Origin: Flavobacteriaceae bacterium UBA7433
Lineage (GTDB): Bacteria; Bacteroidota; Bacteroidia; Flavobacteriales; Flavobacteriaceae
NCBI GenBank assembly: GCA_002477565.1
Contig: DLQL01000104.1
Location: forward strand, 1 to 52,560
Direction: 5' to 3'
DNA length: 52,560 nt
Part shown: positions 1 through 8,552 of the stretch, one piece after another
Numbering within the stretch: position 1 is the first letter of the stretch
How the letters are laid out: each line of letters starts with the position of its first letter
Program-made: the position numbers and the translations under genes
Notes under the pieces: generated by a model
What the model saw: the letters and a program-made list of their open reading frames with translations, nothing else
The model's database searches: none
Told to the model about the DNA's origin: nothing

Positions 1-2156
1 AGTTCGATTTGAGAATAATCTGCAGCAAATAATACGTATTCCTTGTTTTTTGGAACAAAAGCAGCGCGCACCTGTTTGCCTCTTTCGGTGCGGATGGGGA
101 TGTTTTGCAAATTGGGGTTGTTGGAGCTCAGTCGGCCGGTTGCGGCTACTGTTTGTCCAAAAGTAGTATGGACTCTTTTTGTCTTTGCGTTTACCTCATT
201 GGGCAAGGCGTCTATATACGTACCCTTAAGTTTGACCAAGCCACGCCATTCCATGATTTCTTTGATGATGTCATGTGAAGCTGCTAGTTTGGACAAGACG
301 TCTTCGTTGGTGGCGTATTGCCCTGTTTTGGTCTTTTTTGGTTTTTCCACCAATTTCATTTTTTCAAACAAGACGATCCCCAATTGTTTGGGCGAGGCCA
401 AATTGAAATCCTCTCCAGCTTGTTGGTAGATGCTTTTTTCTAGTTTTTCAATGTCTTCCGTGATGACGACTGACAGTTTTTTCAAGGCCTCCGTATCCAA
501 ATTGATTCCTGCAAGCTCCATTTTTGCCAAGACCTTGAGAAGTGGAATTTCCAAAGTGGTATAGAGTTTTGACAAACCATTTTCTTCCAGTTCTTTTTCG
601 AAAAGAGGTTTCAATTGGAAGGAAAGGTCTGCGGCTTCTACACAGTATTCGGCTTGTTCTTTCAAAGGCAGGGCATTCAATTCTACTTGACTTTTTCCTT
701 TGCCCAACAAACTTTCTTTAGGAATGGTTTGGTAGTTTAGGTAGTTTTCTGCCAAGACGGAGAGCTGGTGTCGCATGTCTGGGTTGATCAGGTAATGCGC
801 CAACAGGGTATCAAACAATGCTCCTTGTACCTCGATGCCGTTGTGTCCGAGAATTTTGAGGGCTTGTTTGAGCTGTTGTCCAACTTTTTGAATGGAAGCG
901 TCTTCGAAAAACCCGCGAAATTGTTTTAGAATAGTACTGGTTTCCTCTTCGTCTGCAGGAAGTGGTAGAAAATACCCTTTGCCCGCTTCGTAGCAAAACC
1001 CGATTCCGAGAATCTTTGTCTCAGCACGGTCGGTGGCAATTGAAAAACTGACTTCTTTTTGTTGAAGGAGTTTGTTGAGAAGCAATCTCCGTGCAGTGGC
1101 AGTATCGGCAAACTGGTACAAGTGATTTTTTGTTGCTGCGGTTTGGTATCCGCTGTGTGTTTCAGGAGCTTCAGAAGGGCTAAGTGCAAACAGGTCCAAT
1201 TGTGCAGAGGCAAGAGGCGTCTTCTTTTCTGAGGGATCTGCGGAAGTCGCTTCTGTTTGCTCCGCTTTTGGATGTTGGAACAATTTGTTGACCGAATCCA
1301 GAGACCTTCGAAATTCCAACTCTTGAAATACCGCTGTTACTTTTTCAAAATTAGGATGCGTCAATCGGTAGTTTTCCTCGTGGAATTCAACGGGGCAGTC
1401 GAGCATGATGGTCGCCAACTGTTTGGACAACAAGCCAAGTTCTTTGTTGGCCTCTACCTTTTCTTTCATTTTTCCTTTGAGCTCATGCGTGTGGGCTAGC
1501 AACCCCTCCATATTCCCATAGGCTTTTAGAAACTTTTTGGCCGTTTTGTCGCCCACTCCAGGAAGCCCTGGTATGTTGTCGACTGCATCTCCCATCATGC
1601 CGAGGTAATCGATGACTTGAAGTGGGTGTTCAATTTCAAACTTTTCTTTTACCTTTTCAACATCCCAAATCTCAATACCGTTGCCCATTCTCGCGGGTCG
1701 GTACATAAAAATATTTTCAGAAACGAGTTGTGCATAATCTTTGTCGGGGGTAACCATATAGACTTGGTATCCTTCTTTTTCCGCCTGTTTGGACAAGGTT
1801 CCGATCAGGTCGTCTGCTTCAATTCCATGCGATTCCACAATCGGAATGTTCATCGCCTCTAAGATCTTATGGATGTAGGGTACCGCAATTTTGATGGCTT
1901 CGGGGGTCTCTTGGCGGTTTGCTTTGTATTCTGGAAACACCTCCTTGCGCGCCGAAGATCCTCCCTTGTCAAATGCAACTGCCAAATGGTCGGGTTTTTC
2001 GCGTTTGATGACGTCCAACAGGGAGTTCGTAAAGCCTAGAATCGCTGAGGTATCCATGCCTTTGGAATTGATTCTCGGGTTTTTGATCAAGGCGTAATAC
2101 CCTCTAAAAATCAATGCAAATGCGTCTAGTAAAAATACCCGTTTTTGAGCTGCCAT
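1..2156 (-). CDS. polA: DNA polymerase I, 3' end runs off the window (absent from ORF track)
   Basis: Manual translation from ATG 2156: MAAQKRVFLLDAFALIFRGYYA...EADDLIGTL...TPDKDYAQL...GDAVDNIPGLPGVGDKTA (5'-3' exonuclease). The same frame reaches motif A AADYSQIEL at the window edge. Confidence 0.97.
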   Translation of the reverse strand, partial: MAAQKRVFLLDAFALIFRGYYALIKNPRINSKGMDTSAILGFTNSLLDVIKREKPDHLAVAFDKGGSSARKEVFPEYKANRQETPEAIKIAVPYIHKILEAMNIPIVESHGIEADDLIGTLSKQAEKEGYQVYMVTPDKDYAQLVSENIFMYRPARMGNGIEIWDVEKVKEKFEIEHPLQVIDYLGMMGDAVDNIPGLPGVGDKTAKKFLKAYGNMEGLLAHTHELKGKMKEKVEANKELGLLSKQLATIMLDCPVEFHEENYRLTHPNFEKVTAVFQELEFRRSLDSVNKLFQHPKAEQTEATSADPSEKKTPLASAQLDLFALSPSEAPETHSGYQTAATKNHLYQFADTATARRLLLNKLLQQKEVSFSIATDRAETKILGIGFCYEAGKGYFLPLPADEEETSTILKQFRGFFEDASIQKVGQQLKQALKILGHNGIEVQGALFDTLLAHYLINPDMRHQLSVLAENYLNYQTIPKESLLGKGKSQVELNALPLKEQAEYCVEAADLSFQLKPLFEKELEENGLSKLYTTLEIPLLKVLAKMELAGINLDTEALKKLSVVITEDIEKLEKSIYQQAGEDFNLASPKQLGIVLFEKMKLVEKPKKTKTGQYATNEDVLSKLAASHDIIKEIMEWRGLVKLKGTYIDALPNEVNAKTKRVHTTFGQTVAATGRLSSNNPNLQNIPIRTERGKQVRAAFVPKNKEYVLFAADYSQIE

Positions 2157-2392
2157 AGGTGCTGTTTTGAATCAAAAGGTAAAGGTACTGAATTCCGTCA
2201 ACAATCAAATCTACAAATGCAAATGTGGCAGGACGAATCCTTAAAAAACCCACGCCTGGTATCGCAGTAGGTTTTTACAGTCCACAACCGTCACAAAAAA
2301 ATAATTTTCATAAATCGCCGAAATACAGTATATTGCAGGGATTTTTATTTTCCGAATTTGGATTTTAAAAATGAACCAAAACCCAACTGACT

Positions 2393-2689
2393 ATGACTAA
2401 ATTTGGAGAGCTGATCAACTTAGACATTCCCGTCTTAATCGATTTTTACTTTGAGTGGGATAAAACCGGTGAAAACCCGCACGAAGTTTTGCGTGACGTG
2501 GTGGCCGCTTTGGGAGACAAGGCCAAAGTGATAAAAATTGACATTGAAAAAAACGAAGTTTTGGCAGACGCGCTCAAAGTGAAAGCAAACCCCACATTTA
2601 TCATCTACAAAAATGGCGCGATGAAATGGCGTCAATCGGGAGATTTGGACGCAAATACACTGATTACTTTGGTTCAGAAATACGCTTAG
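2393..2689 (+). CDS. Thioredoxin-fold protein lacking CxxC
   Basis: PVLIDFY.EW...KVIKIDIEKN..LADAL.VK.NPTFIIYKNG thioredoxin pattern; no Cys in the protein. Confidence 0.85.
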   Translation: MTKFGELINLDIPVLIDFYFEWDKTGENPHEVLRDVVAALGDKAKVIKIDIEKNEVLADALKVKANPTFIIYKNGAMKWRQSGDLDANTLITLVQKYA

Positions 2690-3327
2690 TCCAATCTTAA
2701 AAAACGGTAGCCTTTTTTTGAAAAATGCGCCAAGACTTTGGGCAGAAGGTATTTGAGTTTTTCCTCCGCTTTGACACTGTCGTGAAAAACAAGTATGCTT
2801 CCTTTTTGACTGTGTTTTTCAAGTGTTTTCCAGCATGTTTCTTTTGGAACTTTCGTGTCGAAATCCAAACTCAATACATCCCATAAAACGATTCGATATC
2901 CTTTTTTTTTAAGGGCTCGAATTTGTGAAGGCAAGAGTTTTCCGTAGGGAGGGCGAAATAGTTTTCTGTCGTTTTCTCCCCCTTTTTCTTTGTAGATTTC
3001 TTGTGCTTTGAGGATGTTTTGAACGTAGTGGTGGGTGCTTGTTTTCCAACCTTTTTTGTGGTCGAAACTGTGGTTTCCGATGCGGTGACCGGCTGCAGTG
3101 ATTTTCTGAAAAAGCAATGGGTGTGCCACGCAATTTCTACCCAAACAAAAAAAGGTTGCTTTGGCACCGTACTTTTTCAACAAGTCCAAAGTCCATTCAG
3201 TGATTTCAGGAGTTGGGCCGTCATCAAAAGTCAAATACAGCTCTTTTTGTTTGGTTTGCACACGCCAAACAAGCCCAGGAAATAGGCCTTGTATCCATTT
3301 TGGGATGTGTGCAAACAAGGTGTTCAT
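2686..3327 (-). CDS. Polysaccharide deacetylase (CE4/NodB family)
   Basis: LTFDDGP, GNHSFDH, LFRPPYG and ILVFHD motifs. Confidence 0.95.
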   Translation of the reverse strand: MNTLFAHIPKWIQGLFPGLVWRVQTKQKELYLTFDDGPTPEITEWTLDLLKKYGAKATFFCLGRNCVAHPLLFQKITAAGHRIGNHSFDHKKGWKTSTHHYVQNILKAQEIYKEKGGENDRKLFRPPYGKLLPSQIRALKKKGYRIVLWDVLSLDFDTKVPKETCWKTLEKHSQKGSILVFHDSVKAEEKLKYLLPKVLAHFSKKGYRFLRLD

Positions 3328-3339
3328 CGCCGTGGTTTG

Positions 3340-6300
3340 TTATTCGATAAGGTGTTGAAACAATTTGATATGAGAGACAAAGTCGGCGGCTGCTTTTTCC
3401 AAGTAGTCTGTGTCTTGTTCGTAGTTTTCCATATCGCTCACGACGGATCGGTACATGTTCAAATTGCGTTCGATGTCGTCAAAGATCAACTCCAAATAAC
3501 TTTCGTCAAAGCTGCTGTAGTAGGCGATTTTCTGTTGGAAGATACCGATCAATACTTCAGCGATGGCTCTTGCCTTTTCTGTTTTTTCAATCTGGTAATA
3601 ATAAGAGGGGTATCCCAGACAGATTCCGTAGTGACCAAACTTTTGGACGGGCATTTTCTCCAAACTAAAATCGAGTACTTTTTCGGCTTTTTGAAATTTG
3701 CCTTCAGCAATCAAGCTCTCTGTCAAGCGCATCATGTTGTTGCGAAAGGAAATGGAGTTTTTTCTCGTCTCCACGTCTAAATAGGTATTTTCAGGGTCGA
3801 TTTCGTCCCAGTCCCATCCGAGAATGGTCGTGTAAAGTGTTTCGGAATCGATTCTACCCATGTCAAACATGCCTCCTTTGTTGGGGGTGTAGATGGGGAC
3901 AAATTTATAGGCAAGACCATCCAATTGCAGGTAGTCTTTGAGCCAGATGTATTCTTCTGCAGCGTTGGCGCCACCCGTGAAGTAAATCGGATGTTTCCAA
4001 TCGTTGTTCGCCAAGATGTCCAGCATGAGAATTCTATTTTTTGTCAAGCCTTGTGCATCGATGTTTAGGTCGATATAGGGCACAATTTGCGCACTGTCTT
4101 TCAGGGCCACCAAACCGCTTTTCAAGACCTTTTCTTTGTCCACTTGCAAACGAATTTTGTCGGTGGGGTAGAATTTTTCTCGGTGGCCACTTTCCGTCTC
4201 AAAATAGGTTCTTTTGTCTTGAGAACTGATCCAGGTCATCAGGTCTTTGAGGTCCCACCGCGCTTCTGTTTGCGGAAAGTGATAGGCGACATCCAAGGTG
4301 CCGTATTTGTATTGGTCATGTGTCAATTGGGAGGGGATGGGTGGTGCTTCGTAGGTGGCGCGCTTCATCTGGTCGATGTACCAATCGGTAGCCAAGAGGC
4401 TGCTGTTGATCAGTTTGATGTCAGTTCGGTAGTCTTCCACTTCTTGCAAATACCACAAAGGAAATGTATCGTTGTCTCCGATGGTAAACATGATGGCATT
4501 TTGATCACAGGAGTCCAGATAGGCTTTTGCATTGAAGTGGGCTGTGTATTTGTCGGAACGGTCGTGGTCGTCCCAGTTTTCAGCGGCCATCAATGCTGGG
4601 ACTGCCAAGAGGCAAAGCAGGCTTAGCGCCATGGCTAGAGGTTTTTTGGGCAGGTGCTTTTTGAGCGCATCGTAAAGAGCGTACACGCCAAAACCAATCC
4701 AAATGGCAAAAATATAAAAAGAGCCCACGACCGCATAGTCGCGTTCTCGAGGTTCAAAGGGTTTGGGGTTGGTGTAAAAGATAATCGCCAAGCCCGTAAA
4801 GGCAAAAAACAAAAACAAGGTGTAAAAATTGTTGGGATCTCGTTTGAGTTGAAACACCAGTCCCAGCAATCCCAAAAGGAAAGGAAGGAAGTAATAGGTA
4901 TTTCTCGCCTTGTTGTTTTCCACTTCTTCGGGCAAATTGCGCTGCGGCCCCAATCGGGCTTCATCGACAACTGCAATGCCACTCAGCCAGTTGCCGTTTT
5001 GAATGTCCAAATTCCCTTGCACGTCGTTTTGGCGTCCCACGAAATTCCACAAGAGATAGCGGCCGTACATGTAGCCGAATTGGTACTGGATCATAAACCG
5101 AAGGTTTTGCGCAAAGCTTGGTCTCTTTGTACTGTTGGCAGGGATTCCTGCAATAGCTTTATAATTGTCAATGGCTGCGGGGTTGGTCATTCTCGGAATC
5201 AGGCCTTTGTGTTCGTCGGTATAGACCGGTCTGGCATTTTTGTACTTGTTTACGATCACATAGGTGCCCGTTTTGTGGTCTTTTTCGTATTTGGGTTTTT
5301 CGTCTTCAAAGAGGGGATCTCCGTAAGCGTCTGTCTTTTGTTCTCGGTTGTAGCTGATGGAGTAGTAGGTGTCGTAAAATACGTTGGCATCTCCATACTG
5401 CTCCCGGTCGTAATAAGCGAGCAGCTCTCTTGCACTCGAAGGGTTGTTTTCGTTGATGGTCGTATTGGCGTTGGAGCGAATTGGCAGCATCAGCCAACAA
5501 GAAAATCCAATCATGAGAAACAAGACGGACAAGGTCAAGGTGTTTGCCCAAAAGAGTTGCTTTTTGCGGGTGTATTGCAACCCAAAATAGAAAGCAATGC
5601 AAAGAAGTAAGCCTGCGATGATGCTTCCCGAGTTGAAAGGCATGCCCACCGTATTGACAAAAAAGAGCTCTGCCACGCTAAAGAATCGCAAGGTAAAAGG
5701 AAATAGAAATTTAAAGACAAAGGCAAGGACCAAAATGGCCACCAAATTGGCGATGACAAATCGTTTTCCCTTGATATTTGTATGGTTTTTATAAATGTAA
5801 ATAAAGACAATTGCCGGGATGACGAGGAGGGACAGGATGTGCACTCCAAAGGAAAGTCCTACGATATAGCAAATCAGCAAAAGCCATTTGTGACCGCGTG
5901 CTTCGTGCATCTCGCTTTCCCATTTCAAGGCCAGCCAAAACAAGAGCGCCATCAAAAAGGAGGACATGGCATAGACTTCCGCTTCGACGGCACTGAACCA
6001 GAAGCTGTCTGAAAATGCATAGGCCAAGGAGCCGACCAAGGCGCTTCCAAAAACAGCGATGGCTTTGCTTTCTGTAAACTCCCCCGATTTCAACGCCAGT
6101 TTTTTGGCCAAGTTGCTCAGCGTCCAAAAGAGAAAAAGTATGGTAAAGGCACTGGCAAGTCCCGACATAAAATTGACCATTTTGGCAATTTCAGTGACTT
6201 CTGAACTGAACAAGGCAAAAAAGGCCCCCAGCATTTGAAACAATGGAGCTCCCGGCGGATGTCCTACTTCTAATTTCACGGAGGTGGAGATGTATTCTCC

Positions 6301-6414
6301 ACAGTCCCAAAAACTAACTGTGGGCTCTAAGGTCAAGGTGTAAGTGACGCCTGCGATTGCAAAGACCAGCCAGCCCAACAGGGCATTCCATTTATTGTAG
6401 TTTGTCAAGAACAT
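3340..6414 (-). CDS. DUF2723 / TMEM260-like multi-pass membrane glycosyltransferase (GT-C type)
   Basis: 1024 aa, many TM helices, SFWDCGEY, HPPGAPLF, AVEAEVYA and GDNDTFPLWY motifs. Confidence 0.88.
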   Translation of the reverse strand: MFLTNYNKWNALLGWLVFAIAGVTYTLTLEPTVSFWDCGEYISTSVKLEVGHPPGAPLFQMLGAFFALFSSEVTEIAKMVNFMSGLASAFTILFLFWTLSNLAKKLALKSGEFTESKAIAVFGSALVGSLAYAFSDSFWFSAVEAEVYAMSSFLMALLFWLALKWESEMHEARGHKWLLLICYIVGLSFGVHILSLLVIPAIVFIYIYKNHTNIKGKRFVIANLVAILVLAFVFKFLFPFTLRFFSVAELFFVNTVGMPFNSGSIIAGLLLCIAFYFGLQYTRKKQLFWANTLTLSVLFLMIGFSCWLMLPIRSNANTTINENNPSSARELLAYYDREQYGDANVFYDTYYSISYNREQKTDAYGDPLFEDEKPKYEKDHKTGTYVIVNKYKNARPVYTDEHKGLIPRMTNPAAIDNYKAIAGIPANSTKRPSFAQNLRFMIQYQFGYMYGRYLLWNFVGRQNDVQGNLDIQNGNWLSGIAVVDEARLGPQRNLPEEVENNKARNTYYFLPFLLGLLGLVFQLKRDPNNFYTLFLFFAFTGLAIIFYTNPKPFEPRERDYAVVGSFYIFAIWIGFGVYALYDALKKHLPKKPLAMALSLLCLLAVPALMAAENWDDHDRSDKYTAHFNAKAYLDSCDQNAIMFTIGDNDTFPLWYLQEVEDYRTDIKLINSSLLATDWYIDQMKRATYEAPPIPSQLTHDQYKYGTLDVAYHFPQTEARWDLKDLMTWISSQDKRTYFETESGHREKFYPTDKIRLQVDKEKVLKSGLVALKDSAQIVPYIDLNIDAQGLTKNRILMLDILANNDWKHPIYFTGGANAAEEYIWLKDYLQLDGLAYKFVPIYTPNKGGMFDMGRIDSETLYTTILGWDWDEIDPENTYLDVETRKNSISFRNNMMRLTESLIAEGKFQKAEKVLDFSLEKMPVQKFGHYGICLGYPSYYYQIEKTEKARAIAEVLIGIFQQKIAYYSSFDESYLELIFDDIERNLNMYRSVVSDMENYEQDTDYLEKAAADFVSHIKLFQHLIE

Positions 6415-6672
6415 AAGGTTTTTTCTAGGTGTATGCGAATTTAATAATTTAATGCGAATAGTTCTTTGGTTTTTACTTTCGAATACGTTTTTAACATTTC
6501 TTTTTTGTCAAATTGCAAACAGATGCCTTGGAATGCAATTTCTCGGCGGTTATTTTTGAGGGCAGCAAGGCGATTTCAATTCCAAAGAGTTGTCTGTAAT
6601 TTCTTTTGAACACAAGGATGTCTTGACTTTAAAAACCCCGTTTTGTACGCCTGTAAAAAAGTTAAAAAAACC

Positions 6673-6703
6673 TTTGTAAGAAGGAAACTTTGCGTTAAAT
6701 TTG
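6673..6703 (+). promoter_or_regulatory. Bacteroidota sigma-A promoter of tRNA-Gln
   Basis: TTTG (6673-6676) - 19 nt - TAAATTTG (6696-6703), exact -33/-7 consensus. Confidence 0.85.
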
Positions 6704-6723
6704 CACCCGCAATACCCAATTAT

Positions 6724-6794
6724 TGACCCATGGTGTAATGGTAGCACTCCGGTTTTTGGTATCGTCAGTCAAGGTTCGAGTCCTTGTGGGTCAA
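6724..6794 (+). tRNA. tRNA-Gln (anticodon TTG), CCA not encoded
   Basis: Acceptor stem TGACCCA/TGGGTCA, D arm GTGTAATGGTAGCAC, anticodon loop TTTTGGT, T arm CAAGG-TTCGAGT-CCTTG. Confidence 0.95.
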
Positions 6795-6803
6795 CAACTT
6801 CAC

Positions 6804-6842
6804 AACGCAATTCTTTTACAATAAAGGAGTTGCGTTTTTTTT
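6804..6842 (+). terminator. Intrinsic terminator after tRNA-Gln
   Basis: AACGCAATTCTTTT / AAAGGAGTTGCGTT stem followed by a T run. Confidence 0.8.
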
Positions 6843-6932
6843 GTGCTTTTATGGAAGATTTCTTATCTTTTTTACAAGTCCTGAATCACGAATTGCCAAT
6901 CACAGTTTCTCGAGCAAAGTTTGGATTAGGCT

Positions 6933-8288
6933 TTAGATGGTTTTCGAAGGGGTTTTCAAACTGGCGATAAAAAACCCAGTTGCAATTACTGAAAAGCCCA
7001 AGCATGTCGGGGAGCCCCATTGTTGTCTTGAGAGACAAAAAAAGACGAGTGCAAAATACAGCAGGGGCAAGAGTTGTTTTTTCACCAAGCTTTTCAACAC
7101 ATCAATCCCTAAAAAAATCAACAAAACAGCACGGCATCCATAGACGATCAGACCAAGGATTAGGCCCCGCTCACCAAACAAACGACCGACCTCATCTTCC
7201 GAAATCAAAAAGCCTGACTTTCCCATGAGCGCAGCTCCTGCAATGGTGCCCATTCCCAATCGTCCATCAATGAGGGGGTAGTTTTTTAGTTGCAACAAAG
7301 GACCAATAAGTTGGTCTAGCATCCGCAAGCCAAAGGATTCTTTTAATGTTTCCCCATGATTTGCTTTTTCGATACGTGCTGAAAAAACCTCCAAGCCCAC
7401 TTGGAACAGGGCAGAATTTTCAAAGACCAAAAACAGCAATCCAATGATAAGAATCAGGATAAAAAGTTTAAGGTATGTGACGGTTTTGTTTTGGATAAAG
7501 ACACCCAATATTGCAGCTACCCCAACTGCGAGGACCCAAAAAACTGCAGCTCTCGAAATGGTCAATGGCAATACAAACAACATGCTTGCAGCTGCTAGGA
7601 ACAATACAAGTCGATTGCAAGCAGCTTTGGAAAGCCAAAAGTAGAGAACAGATACGGCTGCAAGTGGGTAAAAAGAAGACAGGCCAATGATAAACGAAAA
7701 GGTGCCAGGTGGGCGGTAATAACCAAGGATTTCATCGAAACCTGCTCCATTAGAATCTCCTCCAACTCCTCGGTTGACCCAAGCAGATTGGGGACTGTTA
7801 AATTGCAAGGCAACCAAAACAGACATCAAAGGGGTTAACAACAGTACAATCCGTCCAACTTTTTCGATATCTATTTTTGTGAATACTTTTCCAATGATGA
7901 AAATCAGTGGGAAATGCAACAGCATGATTCGTGCCCCAAACAGGGAGGCAAAGAGGTTTTTATGCCCCATTGTGAGCGTTATGATTGCAGCTATAACAGT
8001 GGAAATCCACGCTACATAGATGTACCTGTTGAGAAAGGGCAGTTGTTGTTTGAACGCCATGAATAGAATGCCAATTGCCAGCGGGTCGCGAACAACCAAC
8101 AGGGGAGTTGCCAATTCGGGTAGGATCCATTTGCGCAAGGATCCTTCAAACAGCCACAAGCCAAAATAAATCCAAATAGCAATTTTTATGGAGTGGTAAG
8201 GGGTTTTTGAATTGCTTGTGTTTTCATCGCCAGTTAACATGGCCCTAGTTTTTGCAATAAGGGAAGGCTGTGGGAGGGGGCTGTGCAT
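6933..8288 (-). CDS. Polytopic membrane protein, Wzy/O-antigen ligase-like
   Basis: About 11-12 hydrophobic segments, YYRPPGTFSF loop and LTISRAA motif; lies beside the EPS locus. Start uncertain (8288 or 8240). Confidence 0.6.
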   Translation of the reverse strand: MHSPLPQPSLIAKTRAMLTGDENTSNSKTPYHSIKIAIWIYFGLWLFEGSLRKWILPELATPLLVVRDPLAIGILFMAFKQQLPFLNRYIYVAWISTVIAAIITLTMGHKNLFASLFGARIMLLHFPLIFIIGKVFTKIDIEKVGRIVLLLTPLMSVLVALQFNSPQSAWVNRGVGGDSNGAGFDEILGYYRPPGTFSFIIGLSSFYPLAAVSVLYFWLSKAACNRLVLFLAAASMLFVLPLTISRAAVFWVLAVGVAAILGVFIQNKTVTYLKLFILILIIGLLFLVFENSALFQVGLEVFSARIEKANHGETLKESFGLRMLDQLIGPLLQLKNYPLIDGRLGMGTIAGAALMGKSGFLISEDEVGRLFGERGLILGLIVYGCRAVLLIFLGIDVLKSLVKKQLLPLLYFALVFFCLSRQQWGSPTCLGFSVIATGFFIASLKTPSKTI

Positions 8289-8496
8289 GGTTTTTGTTTG
8301 ATTTCAATTACGTAGCAAGATAGGAACATATTTTTGAGATGTAAAGGAACTTTAAAAGAAAAGAAGGCACTACCTAAATTTATAAGGTGAATTTTAATTA
8401 ACTATCAACGCTGAATTATTCATTTTACATCACAGGTCACCATTTCACATAATCTTTGCTTCACCGACACTGAATTTAGGATTTCAAAAAAAGGAC

Positions 8497-8530
8497 AAAA
8501 AAAACCACTTGAGAAATCAAGTGGTTTTTT
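8497..8530. terminator. Bidirectional intrinsic terminator downstream of wzc
   Basis: AAAAAACCACTTGA-GAAA-TCAAGTGGTTTTTT perfect hairpin flanked by A/T runs. Confidence 0.9.
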
Positions 8531-8552
8531 AGCTTTATAAAAACGAGACTTT

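Noticed and set aside
43-2097. Short ORFs listed on both strands in the first 2.1 kb
   Set aside because: All are shadows of the polA frame, which the track missed because its stop lies outside the window.
4654-5610. 318-aa plus-strand ORF and other long antisense ORFs (e.g. 4087-4626, 30333-30839, 47075-47560)
   Set aside because: Antisense to clearly conserved genes, with no recognisable motifs.
6770-6800. tRNA-Gln 3' end as an integration site for the capsule locus
   Set aside because: I found no duplicated tRNA 3' end and no integrase in the window (by-eye search only).
6701-6970. 89-aa ORF over the tRNA
   Set aside because: Overlaps tRNA-Gln and its terminator.
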